Assembly: GCA_965203295.1 (NCBI GenBank)
Contig: CBDBCZ010000017.1
Coordinates: forward strand, 128,001-192,000
Length of the DNA: 64,000 nucleotides
Source: Nitrospirales bacterium
GTDB lineage: Bacteria > Nitrospirota > Nitrospiria > Nitrospirales > UBA8639
Reading direction: 5' to 3'
Below the pieces are notes generated by a model, which saw only the letters and a list, made by a program, of their open reading frames with translations, had not been told where the DNA came from and ran no database searches. Positions 1 to 12,035 of this stretch are shown here, one piece after another. Position 1 is the first letter of the stretch; each line of letters begins with the position of its first letter. The translations under genes and the position numbers were made by a program.

Positions 1-929
1 CAAAGTTACGTCGGAGGGTATTTATGTACTTAGTATCCGCCCACCCTTAAATACCATCCATGCGAGCTAAACATGTAACTAACGACTGAAAATTCCAAGA
101 CAACGAGCAGAATCAAACGACAAAACTCGATATTCAGTGCGCTTTAATTGGAATACCGACGGTAAGCCTGTCAGTCACTTCGCTTTTTAGCGGATAATAG
201 TATGCATGCTTCTATAATAGGTAGTTCAATACAATTTGCATTCACTGTGGTGCGGTACTTGCCTAGAAAAGCTATACTTACCTTGTATACTCGCTTTGCA
301 TACCACGCGCTTGGAAATATTAGTTAAACGCTGTTAACTGGTGAACGGCGCCGGCAGGTGCGCCGCGCAAGCTGCAAGGGCGATAGAGCACGTGATCGCT
401 GCACGTGAGCTCTCCAAGCGCTCAGCAGTTGTCGCCAGAGGAGGTTGGACACGCATTCATTAACGTGCGCAGTCACATGCCTTTTGCTGCACTTTATTAC
501 ATTCCACGTTGCATTCCAGCATGCAATTAGCTCACTGAGAAGGTAAGCATACGTAGCTTGTTATAAAGCTGCAATTGCCTGGATATTGCTGTAAGATGGC
601 TGGAACGGACCTATACGGGCAGCATCTTTCTGTTACTAGATAGAATACAGGATGTAGTCTCGCCTTGCCGATTGCTAGATATTTAAACGACCGTAGCTCT
701 GCAATGACCCAGGGGTTGAACGGGGTTGGCGAGATATTCTGAATCTACTTCGGGAGAGCTTTCAAAAGATGTCTATTCCTTGGGGATACGCTTAAAGACT
801 AAAGAGAAAACTTTTTAGCGCTTTTTATACAGAAATCTCCATAGAGAATCGCGTACGCACGTATGTCACATGACCGTGTTCAACCTCCTCTGAGCAGTTG
901 TGAGCACACAGCAAAAGCTTTAAGCCAGT

Positions 930-2190
930 TTGCGAGTACACCCATGCAGCAGCACGAAGCAGCATGACAGTAAGCGAGCACGCAAGCACAGCATACTGGG
1001 TGAGCACACCCTCATGACGTAGTGGGTGAGCATACACCAGGCAGTAGCACCGCCTTGAGCGAGCATGCTCATGCAGCAGACAGGGTGAGCACACCCTCTT
1101 AGCATACTGGGTGAGCACACCCTCTCAACATACTGGGTGAGCACACCCTCTCAGCATACTGGGTGAGCACACTCTCATAGTATAGTGGGTGAGCATACAC
1201 CCAGGTAGTAGCACCGCCTTGAGCGAGCATGCTCATGCAGCAGACAGGGTGAGCACACCCTTTTAGCATACTGGGTGAGCACACCCTTTTAGCATACTGG
1301 GTGAGCACGCCCAGGCAGCAGCACGACAGTGAGCGAGCACGCTCATACAGCTCATACGGTGAGCACGTGCGCCCAGGCAGTAGCATGGCAGTGAGCAAGC
1401 ATGCTCATACAGCTGACACAGGGTGAGCACACCCAATCCACGCCCAGGCTGCAGCACCATGGGTGAGCGCACTCAGGCAGCAGGAAATTGTGCAAGCACG
1501 CTCATACGCCCTTTCGCAATAGTAAGGTCCCACGCGGAGAGTTAGCACAAGTTTTCCAAATACTTTTTGATTTACATCATGCATCTGGCTGTGACAACAG
1601 ACTAAGTCATGTGTTCTTCGGAGTGTTGTTTGGGGGGATGGTTGAATCACACGCATGTGATTAGTTGAAATAGGTGAGTATGGGGGAACCATCCCCCCTT
1701 CCATCAGGACACCCACCATTCTTGGGAAGCTGGGTTTGTAAAATAGTAGGGTGGACTCCCTCACGCTTTGGGGGAGCAACCCCAGGTGAGGTTCATCGGG
1801 TGAGCACGCCCTTAGTAGCAGACTGTGTAAGCACACTGTCAACAGCACATGCCCAACCAAGCTGGAAGGTGGAGGAGCCCGCCCAAGTGGCTCAAGGGTG
1901 GACAGACCCCTGGGGTGAGCACGCCCAGGCTGCACTGCGCAGAGCTAGCATGCTCTTGCGGCAGACAGGGTGAGCACACCCTCACCATCCAGTGGGTGAG
2001 CACACCCTCACCATCCAGTGGGTGAGCACACCCAAGTAGCAGCACCACGCAGCACAACAGTGAGCGAGCACACTCATACCACACACCGGGTGAGCACACC
2101 CCCTCATAGTATAGTGGGTGAGAATACCCGGGCAGCAGCACAACATTGAGCGAGTACGCTCATGCAGCAGACAGGGTGAGCACACCCAAT
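930..2190. repeat. Complex minisatellite built on GGGTGAGCACACCC core (two blocks, about 930-1500 and 1910-2190)
   Basis: Many variant copies of ggGTGAGCACACCC and cagcatactgggtgagcacac; accounts for the repetitive ORFs in the track. Confidence 0.85.
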
Positions 2191-3056
2191 AGGCAGCCCT
2201 TAAGGATGTTTGGAGTGGGAGTGGCTCCTATAGCAACGGGCCCCTCCTACAGCAGCAATCAGATTGTCCTTGCACAAAGGCCAAATAAGTGAACAATGTC
2301 AATCGCATTTATACAACCTACGTATTATCCACCCACCCCACTCTTTCAGCTTGCACTTAAGTGGCCCGCCCATGGGTGGATAATACGTACTTTACGGTAT
2401 ATATAGGACTTTCCATGATGATTCCGTCAAGCTCTGGCATTCAAAGTTCCTGTGTTGAATAGCTTGTGTCTAGAGTAGGGTAATGTAAGTTGTCGCACCA
2501 TCAGATCTTGTAGAGGATTGCAATTGGAGAAATTAACAGACATACGCACCACCCAGCAATTACACTTAGTTGTATAGGCACCGCTATAGTGTTCATGTAT
2601 TAGGTGGCGAGGGCATACACGTATACTTGAGGGTTGCTGGGCAACTGTGGTCTCTTCTCAAAACTGTGAAACAATTATTAGTAGGTACTATATGTATTAG
2701 TTAATTTAATTGGTCACTTTGGGTGAAGGGAGATTAAAGTCCAAGGTGAAGCTGAGTATTACAGCTGGGACAAGCACATGCATTATTTGGGAATTTCTTT
2801 AGGAATAATAGGTGCAACATAAAAGCGAGAATAATAGGTGATTGTTTTGATAAAATAGAAGAATTGGGGAATAGAACAATAGGAAATTAAGAAGAATAAT
2901 GTGCCTGTCCCTACATACAGCTGCATGAGGGTACAAATCCCATACACCTTGGAACGTACGGTGCAAATATAACAACTAGTACAACAGCCCCAGATGGTTG
3001 GCTTTTGCCGACTCAGATGGTCACAATTGCGACAGTTCAAATAAGATACAACTCAC

Positions 3057-6000
3057 TGGTTGATCAGAAGTCAGCTCATGGCCAAACTTGTGCAGGTTGG
3101 TGCAGCATTTGTAAAGCTCAGCAATGGTTCTAGGAAACCAGGGTACCTCTGACTCTTTCTTTCCATCTTTGGAACTTAGGCTTTCAGGTCCACTTATGGG
3201 GCTGGAAGGAATTGTAACGCAACTAGAAATTTTCTTCAGCTGCGTGATGAGTTGATCTAGTGTCTGTTGTTGCTGCTCTGAAGAGACTTGCGGAAAACCA
3301 CAGTCCAGGAAATAATCACGCTTTGCAGCTGGATCACTCCGAGATTGACGAGACTCAATGTGCTTCAGAGAGACGCCTAGTTCCTATATAGCGATAATAG
3401 TTCAAAAAATTAATGGTAACTAGCCAAATTCTATATTATTATATAATTCAAGACTGCACTCTGCTAAAAATAAATGGTTATTTGGCAACGGTTTGGTTAT
3501 TGGAGTTGCATCTACATGTATGTTGGACTCATTTTGTCCATTAGTAGCTACAATTAATCACTGTCCTGCCCTTTTGGTAAATCTATATAACTCTTACTGT
3601 AGTTCCCGAAACAGACCATAAACCGTATGACTATCTGCCTACTAGTGCATTATAGCCACTAGGAAAAAATGTCTATCACAATTGTACTTTCTGGCTATAT
3701 AATCTGTGTAGTACAAATGCTGTCACAAGTCACGATTTTTGCTTAATTGTTGCTACAGGCCTTCGACATGTGACATGATCTCTCCATACTATGATAGCCA
3801 TGTAAGGTACTACAATCAGCAGAGCTTTGTTCTTTGTCATGACGATATGACAGATGGCAACTCCAGTAACCAAACTATTGTTGAAACAACCTTTTATTGC
3901 ATGTAACAGAGATTTAGCCTTGTAGGAGAGGGAGGAGCTCTTCAGTCTAGAAATGCATCTACAGACGTCCATGAAATAGCTAGTAAATAAGGGCAGTTAT
4001 TCATTGACAAATCAGCTAATAGCTAGACACACATATATATATGTAATTTATTTCCTGGAGTTGTAAACGTCTTATGTTAGATTGAAATTCAGCTTATGAA
4101 CTTGCGCTATATTAGATTCATTATGAATTGTTGTTCGCATACATGTTCAGGATCATTCGGCTATTTTTGTGTGCATGTGCGTGTTCCTATTCACGCTACC
4201 TGATGTACTGAAGCCAGTTAATTGCACATTCGAGAATGCGCATAAGACTTAATTAAATTAGTGAATGTGGAGTAGTCGCTATACGGCTATAGAGACGAAT
4301 GGCGACCGCCCTAAGCTTGCGAACACATCTTCTTCCAGCAGAAAAGGTTGCAGTATACTACTCTGATCAACGGTCGGTTGATCGTATCCCAACTTCTGGA
4401 TGCTAAATAACACTGCCGATTTCACCCCATCCACAGGAATCTCTCACTATAGATGCTTCACCAGCGCTTTCGAAGCCATCCTTCCACCACATGCACAATG
4501 CGTGTCCCGGGCTGAAAAATTTTGCATGCGTACTAATGCCATTCTGCAATCTGATTGGTCACGAGTTAATTAATAAGTAGGCGTTGCCTACAGTCAAAGG
4601 CTGATATGTTAATTATGCCCAGATACTGAAACGTATAGCTAACAAACTAGTCTCGTGGGCGGGCCAGACGATAATTTCTGGCTCGCAAGACTACTAGTGA
4701 ACGTGAACGTGAACGAATAAGATCGCGAATGCAAACATGTACATAAACATGACAACAGGGCCGTAGCCACCGGTCCGGTTGGTCCGGTGTCATAAAAATA
4801 TGCACACCCCGTAAATATGGGCATCCCAGGGTCCCCATATTCACGTGATTTTGGGGACCCCATCGTGATTTTAGGGACCCCTTCTTCTAGGCTGTGAACG
4901 ACGGGAAAGTACTGCCCTGTGTGATAACGCTGCGATACGAACCTTGCTTTAAGACCTGTCAGGTCCACGATGGGTGAGTATATAAAAATGGTAAATTCAG
5001 ACAGTAGAGAGATGCTCAGATAGGCGAGATACTATGGAAATGGAGACCAGCAACGGAGACGGAGACAAGTTGGCAGCGACGAAGGGTGCTTCTCTTTCAA
5101 CGAAGTGTATTGGTATCTATACTATACCATGATCGGGAAGCTCATCTTTTTTCATTATAAGTGTATAAATCTAAAATCTCCTGTACCTGATACGTATAGG
5201 ATATACCACGTCTACGAGGAGTATAAACGCAGATAAACTCCACTAGACAATTTACCCGAGGCGTAGCCGAGGGTAAACCGTCTAGCGGAGTTTATCGCGC
5301 TTATACTCCGATTAGGCACGGTATATCCGGCTTATATCACAGGCGGCCAATCGCTTCTTGCCGCTTGTCATCGCCATAGTTACCATTCAGTAGTATTCAT
5401 TAAAATTTAATTACGCAAATAAAAAAACACGTTAACGAACATGAAAACATGCATGGAAAACATGAAAACGCAATAGTAGTTTAAACACCTTTATACTCCT
5501 CTCTGTAGCTAATGAATTTCTCCAAAAGTGATGTAATGTGATATAAATAGTATTATACATGTACATACTGCACTAGACTTCATATTCATAAATCTGCTGT
5601 CCATTCAGTTTATTTTTTGTTTTGTGTAAGCATAGATACAATAACCAAAATATTGTATCTATGGTGTAAGTGTATTTATTCCTCTGTATGCTGAAACCAA
5701 TTATTTGTAAATTTCAACTAGGCAGGCAGGCAGCAGGACCCAGAAGACTCAGAAGAGCCATTTGGTGAAGACTCTGAGGCATTTGTGGACTTCACTGAGT
5801 AACAGTTATTTTAGCTAATAGTTTATAATGCAATTTACAAAGTACGCCTCTTGCGTTAGATTGGATTCAGCTTAATATAATTAGTGATGGACTTGCGCCA
5901 GATTAGATTCATAATAAATTCCTAGAATCACAATTTCTTGCGTTAAATTGGATCTCGCGTAAAGACGGTATTTCAGACTACACACTTCATGCATAGACAT

Positions 6001-6597
6001 AATGAAATTGTAGGATGTCTATTTTCACGTAAATATGAGCTTCGGAATGCGCAATTTACGCGAAAATAGGCATGCATCCATACGGATCCCCCCCCCCCCC
6101 CCCCCCCATGCCTATTTTCACAACTATTCACCGTGAACTTGGGCACGATGTCGTAGGAGAAGTCCCTTTTACTTTCCGCGCATCATTTTCGGCCCCTCTC
6201 AAGCGCTGTGAGATAGCCAGCGAGCACTAATAGGTAAGCATTGCAGCATGTCATCCAGCTACTTTACTCAAATATTGCATCAGAAACGATCTTATAGAAG
6301 GCCTACAATTTTCTGGGGGAGTATGCACCCAGACCCCCCTCGCGAGCGCGCTTCGCGCGTTTTCATACGCTGCGCTTGCTCCTGAGAATGGCCAACCGGA
6401 CCACTTCAAATCTCGTGGCTATGGCCCTGGACAATGAACATGAAAAGGAACGGCCACTGTACTACACACATCTATGTACGCTGAACTACTAATAATAGTT
6501 TCAGCGTATTTAATATATATACCTGAAAGACGGTGAGAACTTTGATGAGGTCTCTTACATCTTGCGAGAGCGTGAGAATCAGCGACGGCGATGCCAT
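3057..6597 (-). CDS. Aromatic amino acid hydroxylase (PAH/TH/TPH family), 5' part only; exons 6597-6523 and 3383-3057, remainder presumably left of the window
   Basis: Exon 1 translates MASPSLILTLSQDVRDLIKVLTVFQ|GT. Exon 2 (AG|) translates ELGVSLKHIESRQSRSDPAAKRDYFLDC...EVPWFPRTIAELYKCCTNLHKFGHELTSDQP|GTGAGT. This contains the ACT-domain HIESR motif and the VPWFPR motif of PAH/TH/TPH. Both junctions are phase 0 with canonical GT-AG. Confidence 0.88.
4756..6429. mobile_element. Non-autonomous TIR DNA element with nested repeats, in hydroxylase intron 1
   Basis: Ends CAGGGCCGTAGCCAC / GTGGCTATGGCCCTG, flanked by direct repeat GACAA; contains the palindrome at 5199-5328. Confidence 0.55.
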
Positions 6598-7045
6598 ATT
6601 GGCGTTCTACGAATCTCAGCCAGTATAGCGGAGCTAACTACCTACCTATGCACCTACGCAATCGGAAATAATTAGGCGATAATTGGCGCCATCCTCCGCA
6701 ATATATAGTCTGCGAGACCACATTCGTTAATGATCTACGCTAGCCTCGACCCCAGCGCTTGCAGGAAGATAAAATGCTTTTTCTTCCTGCAAGCGAAAAT
6801 AAAAAGCCGGGACGGCTGGGTTTGAGGCTAAAAACTACAGACAGCAGATCCTAAATATCACACAATAAATACACTATTACAAAACAGGCTGAGCCATAGA
6901 GAGCCACATGTCATGTATATATATACAATAGCTATACCTATGTTACATCACAACCCAAAAGAGAATCAGCTATCAAACCTAAGCTACGAGTGGCTCTCAA
7001 TTGTAGTCTACTCTACTCAACGGCAGCGTGTACCACATCTAGCGT

Positions 7046-7373
7046 TAGTCTCGCGTGACCAGACTCTCGACCGGAAGGTTAGAGTCTGGCGAAATGCCAA
7101 TATTGGTTTTGTAGACTTTGCATCGTACAGTGCAATCCAATGAAATTGCAGAACGCGCCTGACGTCACGTAAAATTAACTAACGCCACTTTAGTAAGGCT
7201 TCAGCCAAAGCAGTGGCAGGCCACGTGCAAACCGCAACTACAGGAGAGTGTGGTTCGCACCCACTTAACTATATACGCTGTTACATAACCATAGCATTCC
7301 AGAGCTACAACAGCTGTATAAGCATTTCGCCAGACTCTAACCTTCCGGTCGAGAGTCTGGTCACGCGAGACTA
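7046..7373. mobile_element. MITE with about 50-bp TIRs and 9-bp TSD (Mutator-like signature)
   Basis: TAGTCTCGCGTGACCAGACTCTCGACCGGAAGGTTAGAGTCTGGCGAAATGC and its exact inverse; TSD ATCTAGCGT at 7037-7045 and 7374-7382. Confidence 0.92.
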
Positions 7374-8222
7374 ATCTAGCGTATAACTATCCCAAGGAGC
7401 CACCTTCTTCTTCATCCAAAATTTCCCACTTGGGCTTCCCGACGGAAGAAAAGCGAGGTGGGTTACAATTTCAGCCCCGTCATCTGGAGTCCCTGGGGCA
7501 TTGGCAACTGTCATCTCAGTTTTACACCAGCCGGGACAACAGGCGTTTACGAGGACATCCATTTTGTCAAGACGATCAACTGCCTTTTCTAGAACCCTAG
7601 TGAAGGTTGTAACGGCCACCTTGGATAAGGCATATGGTGTGTCAAAGCCAGGAATTTTATCTGGCCAACCCTTTTCGCGATGGCTTCCATCCGCTACATT
7701 TTTTACAAACTGGTCCATGAGGTCAACGAGTTGTGCTTCGGTTAGATCGGGGTCTTGGAATTTCTCCTGCAAGTTTTTTTGCAGAATAGATATGTGACCA
7801 GATAAACTGGAAACGTTGACGATCCTCCCATGGGGACGAACTAACGGTAGGAAAGCACGGCACATATTCACTATGCCAGTGAAGTTGGTGCCTATAGTGG
7901 CAGTAACGTGCTCTATGTTTGGAGAGGTTTCTCTCAGTTGATAGTCGATCGCAGCGTTGTTAATTAGTATGTCCACGCCACCGTACTTATCACCGATATA
8001 CCGCTTCAGCGCTTCAACAGACTCGACGGAAGTTACGTCCAGCTGGTGGAACTTCGGTTTCAGGCCATCAGCTTCAAGTTTGGCGACCGCTGCAAGACCC
8101 TTACTTACGTTCCTCGCTGTCAAATAGACTTCACCCGAGAATTCCTTGCACAATTTTTTCACTGTGGCAAATCCAATGCCTTTGTTCGATCCAGTAACGA
8201 TTGCAACCTTTGCTGATGCCAT
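7371..8222 (-). CDS. CBR1: Carbonyl reductase [NADPH], CBR1/CBR3-like SDR, intronless, 283 aa
   Basis: TGSNKGIG cofactor motif, NNAAI, NVSS, catalytic YALSK (YxxxK), CCPGW motif and the CBR-type insertion (LTEAQLVDLMDQFV). Confidence 0.92.
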   Translation of the reverse strand: MASAKVAIVTGSNKGIGFATVKKLCKEFSGEVYLTARNVSKGLAAVAKLEADGLKPKFHQLDVTSVESVEALKRYIGDKYGGVDILINNAAIDYQLRETSPNIEHVTATIGTNFTGIVNMCRAFLPLVRPHGRIVNVSSLSGHISILQKNLQEKFQDPDLTEAQLVDLMDQFVKNVADGSHREKGWPDKIPGFDTPYALSKVAVTTFTRVLEKAVDRLDKMDVLVNACCPGWCKTEMTVANAPGTPDDGAEIVTHLAFLPSGSPSGKFWMKKKVAPWDSYTLD

Positions 8223-8732
8223 GATCGTGAACTAGGCCAAACTCGTCCACTAGTTGACCTTTGACCCTTGCGCTTTAATTGGAAACCGTGGCCCTTAATG
8301 ACTGGTCCTAGTGCGATTTTCGCATCAAGTAATGCCAGAGCGACTCCGGGAGGTCAACTAACCTTTGACCTTTCAAGCGCTCGATCGCACGATCACGCAA
8401 ATCGCAACCATGTACCGCGGGAGCGTGGTTCGGACCCACTTAACTATACTAGGTGAATGCAGGGCATTGTGGGGGCGAGCGTGAGCTAGTAAGACATAAG
8501 TAGGAGCTGGTGCTGTGGTACACTCTAGCTTAGCCTCTAATTTGGTAGGTCTAACCACAGCCTATAGCCCTTGTCTGCATACCCCTAGGCATAGGTGTAC
8601 CGCTCAGGCTGGGCCGGATATTCAGTTGTGCGCATGCGCGTATACAAAGCGCGCGCGCCTCTCCATAAAGCGCGTGGTATTGTAAGAGGTGTAAGTTTTT
8701 GTGAATGTTTTGGCGAAGGAGTGTGTTTTCTA

Positions 8733-10188
8733 CTAGCAATCTACTACTTCATACATCAGGAGATGTTTAGAGTAGTTACCAACTGTCACTGTATGTGTCC
8801 GTGGTGCTACAGAGTCAGCTGCACCAGATGGAAGCAGAGTTGAGAAGGCACAAGAGATGTAACCCTCGGTGTTAAACTCATTGATGGGAGTGTCACCAGT
8901 AGATGGCCATGCAATTGCAGGTGGTTGGCTAGATTGTCGCTCCTGCACTGACTGTCTGATGGCTTCCTGTTCTGTTAGTCTTGGAGCAGTGACAGGAACA
9001 AAAGTTCTCGATAGGTCAGCATCATAGGGGTCAATGTCTTGTGGTGCTGGGACTTCAGAGTCATCAGGGGGAGAGTCCACTGTCATGGAGTGAAGGCCAG
9101 CGAGTTCACCATCCTCAGGGAGCTGAGCAAGGGCATCAAGATCAATGTGAACATTGCGGTAGTAGCTGTTGTTGGCTACCAGCCACTGAAGAGCCTGAAG
9201 CACTACAGACCTCCTGACGCGAAAGTCACGATGGGATTGGATAGAGCCTTCCTTTCTCACAACAATGATATCAAGTTCAGTGGGAAGTCGTGGTAAAGTG
9301 TTAGCAAAGGAGGCAACATCCTGTGGAAGGTTGATGGCATGTCCTCTATAGCCATACTGTCCATGAGGCAAGCGGTAGAGGGGCGTGATAGGCAACACAG
9401 CAGAGATTAACATCTCCTCTACTTGTGTTAAACCCTACATGGGGAAAAAATCAGAAACTTTTACACCAAGAACAGAAGTATGACATGAAGCAGGAAGTCT
9501 GTCTAACCTGTAGCTGAGGTGGCACAAGGCCAGGGTCCGTGTTGTTAGCAATAGAATACAACTTTGGTGTGTGCTTGTCTCGGCTACAACGCAGGCACTC
9601 AGTAGACTGTAAGCGAAGCTGAAGACCAGGGAATGCTTCTGAACAAGTAGTGCATCTTGGTGATTCCAGTGCAGCGAGATGAGCATGGAATTTGCACATC
9701 CTAGCTCGAACATCTGGCTGCTCAAACAGTGGAAGATCTGATTGTGCACCTCTGTGACTCTCTTGGTCATGCTGTAGCCGAGCTACTCTCTCATCTGTTG
9801 TCTCAGCAGCCAATCTCTCTCGCTGGCGTTCACTCATCTGCTGTAACCTGGCCGCTCTCTCTTCGGTGGTCTCAGCAGCCAATCTCTCTTGCTGAAGTTC
9901 AGTGGTCTCAGCAGCCAGCCTGTTACTCATTCGCTGCAGCCTGGTCTCTCTCTCTTCACTACTCTCGGTTGACAGTCTGAGTCTTCTTTGCTGTAAAAGT
10001 ACAGCCCTATCTGCAGCGGTCCGAGCAGCGCGTCTAGCTCTATCCCTCTCTCTCCGCACTCTCAGGCGTTCATGTCTTTGGTCCGCGGTTTCGGAGGCGC
10101 GGCGAGCTCTCTCTCGCTCTCTCCTACGCCGCAACCTTTCTTCTCTGTTCCCCGTCGATTCAGGGACTCTTCTGCTTTGAGAATCCAT
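8733..10188 (-). CDS. Helitron-associated protein (R/E-rich coiled coil, CxxC...CxxC, DUF6570-like), exons 10188-9508 and 9434-8733, about 460 aa, truncated before Rep/helicase
   Basis: Removing a 73-bp GT-AG intron joins ...PPQLQ|GLTQVEEMLISAVLP...GQYGYRGHAINLPQD...FRVRRSVVLQALQWLVANNSYY...PINEFNTEGYISCAFSTLLPSG, typical of the N-terminal region of Helitron RepHel proteins. Confidence 0.8.
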
Positions 10189-10309
10189 CGCGCGTAAGCT
10201 TGAACGCGTGGTTGATAGAAGTATACGGAACTATACGGTCATATGCGGCGTTACGCGCGCTAAATTGGATAGTAATAGATATTCGGCACGACGGACGGTC
10301 GTGCGATAA

Positions 10310-11079
10310 TTGGGGCGAGCCTGAGCGAGCCCCAAACTTAGCGACTTGGCTGCGCATAATCTGTCTGTATTATTATTATTATTATTATCGATATCGATAT
10401 CGTGGTACGTACGTCTTACCGAATGTAAGTGAATGTAAAGTCTAATTTAGCGAAATGCGTAGCCTAGGCGACGTTAAATTGACTTGACCACGTGAATACT
10501 TCAGTTTTGAAATTTCTTCGAAGATTTGAAACTTCTACATGTGCAAGCTAGCGCTTTTGATACAACTGTCAGCATGGATACTTCGTCAGCTCCAGAAGTG
10601 CTTCAGGACAGAGAGGAGAGATCGCAACAATGTACGAATACAGCGAGAAAGGAGAGGCTTTGAAGACGGTGAGAGGGACCGCCGTCCTTCCGAGACAGCC
10701 GAACCAAAAGGATATTGCCTCTTTTGTCACTAGCTTGCCATGACTGTACCCAGTGAGCTTGTCATAGTTATAAGCTATCCAGTTCCTTTTTGACTGCCAT
10801 GCTTGTGATAATATCCATCATGCTTAGCTAGTGTGCTGTAGTGCAGGCACTACACTCTGATGCTCCTGCTCTGCTTAACGCTTCAAGGGGGCGATGGACC
10901 TCATCACTGAGCAGAGACCATAGAACATACTGACAGGAATGCACTCTGGAGCGTTCTCCACATTCTTGTACACTTTCATTTCTCAAGTTACTTAAATTAT
11001 CCCTCATTGTCATCACGTTTTCTACTGCACGCTATATGTTTCGCGAAGGCTCGCCCCACTATGCCCTGCATATCACTAG
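10310..11079 (+). mobile_element. Nested non-autonomous Helitron-like element, opposite orientation
   Basis: 5' TTGGGGCGAGCCTGAGCGAGCCCC; 3' GGCTCGCCCCACTATGCCCTGCATATCACTAG|T; same end architecture as the host element. Confidence 0.7.
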
Positions 11080-11095
11080 TATATATATATATATA

Positions 11096-11245
11096 CTAGG
11101 AGAATGCAGAGCATTTGTGGGGCGAGCGCAACTACAACAAGACATGTTTCTGCGCATGCGCAATGCGACCGGTCGGTCGATGACATACATACAAACAGAG
11201 TTGGCATTGACCTCGCTAGTACAGGGCTCGCTGCGCTCGCCCCAA
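11096..11245 (-). mobile_element. Short non-autonomous Helitron-like element, copy 1
   Basis: CTAGGAGAATGCAGAGCATTTGTGGGGCGAGCGC...GCGCTCGCCCCAA; near-identical copy at 28867-29045. Confidence 0.8.
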
Positions 11246-11892
11246 TAATATATATATACATATAGAGAAAATCGCCGTTGACATCGCTAGAAGGGGGCTC
11301 GCTCACGCTCGCCCCGATTATCGCACAAACCATTCATGTAAGGTTGCACTTCGACAAAAACAAAGGAAGCAAGCTATAACTCATACCACAATGCGTTCAC
11401 AGACTACCTACGCATAGCAGCCCAATGCATTTCGGGGTAGCTAGCTACATATCACAGCGCAGTGTTTATGGAGAACATCCTGGGTAAGGAGATGTAGGAA
11501 GGACGGTCTCTTGTAAACGCACTGCAGTGCGATATGTAGTTACTCTGTAATGCATTGGGCTGTGATATAATAATGGGAAGTGTGCATATCAGTGATATAC
11601 CTCCTGCTATATATGGAAGAGGAATTATATTGTGAGGGCCCCAGGCCTGAAGGGTAGCTATATTCCCATAAACCTCTGAATACAAACAAGTGGTATAGCA
11701 ATGATATTCCCCCATAAACCTCTGAAGACAAACAAGTGGTATAGCAATGATATTCACAGATTGGGCACATTTCATATGTTATAAATTTGATGAGGTGTAT
11801 ATCTTCCTGCTGTTTCCATAGCAGCACGGCCACTTAACACATTCCATGCCCCTAGCCTGAATGTGGGTTGCTTGGCAACTTTGGCTTCTTAA

Positions 11893-12035
11893 CTCTTTAC
11901 CAACCAATGACGCATATATGCGTCATGAGTTCCCATAAGCCCATATGAATTTATATGGGCGTTTTAATACTAGGCGTTAATACTTTGTACAGGCTTTTCT
12001 GCTTCTTTAAGCTGTTTCTTCTGGTTGGTAAAGGG
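11893..12035. mobile_element. piggyBac-like MITE
   Basis: TTAA on both sides; TIR CTCTTTACCAACCA / TGGTTGGTAAAGGG. Confidence 0.75.

Larger units (their letters stand above)
8449..11317 (-). mobile_element. Internally deleted Helitron/Helentron-like element
   Basis: Minus strand begins A|TC-GGGGCGAGCGTGAGCGAGCCCCC and ends GCTCACGCTCGCCCCC...ATGCCCTGCAT..CTAG|T; subterminal inverted repeats; carries a DUF6570-like ORF. Confidence 0.8.

Noticed and set aside
825..2185. Multiple overlapping ORFs of 67-176 aa
   Set aside because: They arise from the GGGTGAGCACACC minisatellite and show no recognisable domain.
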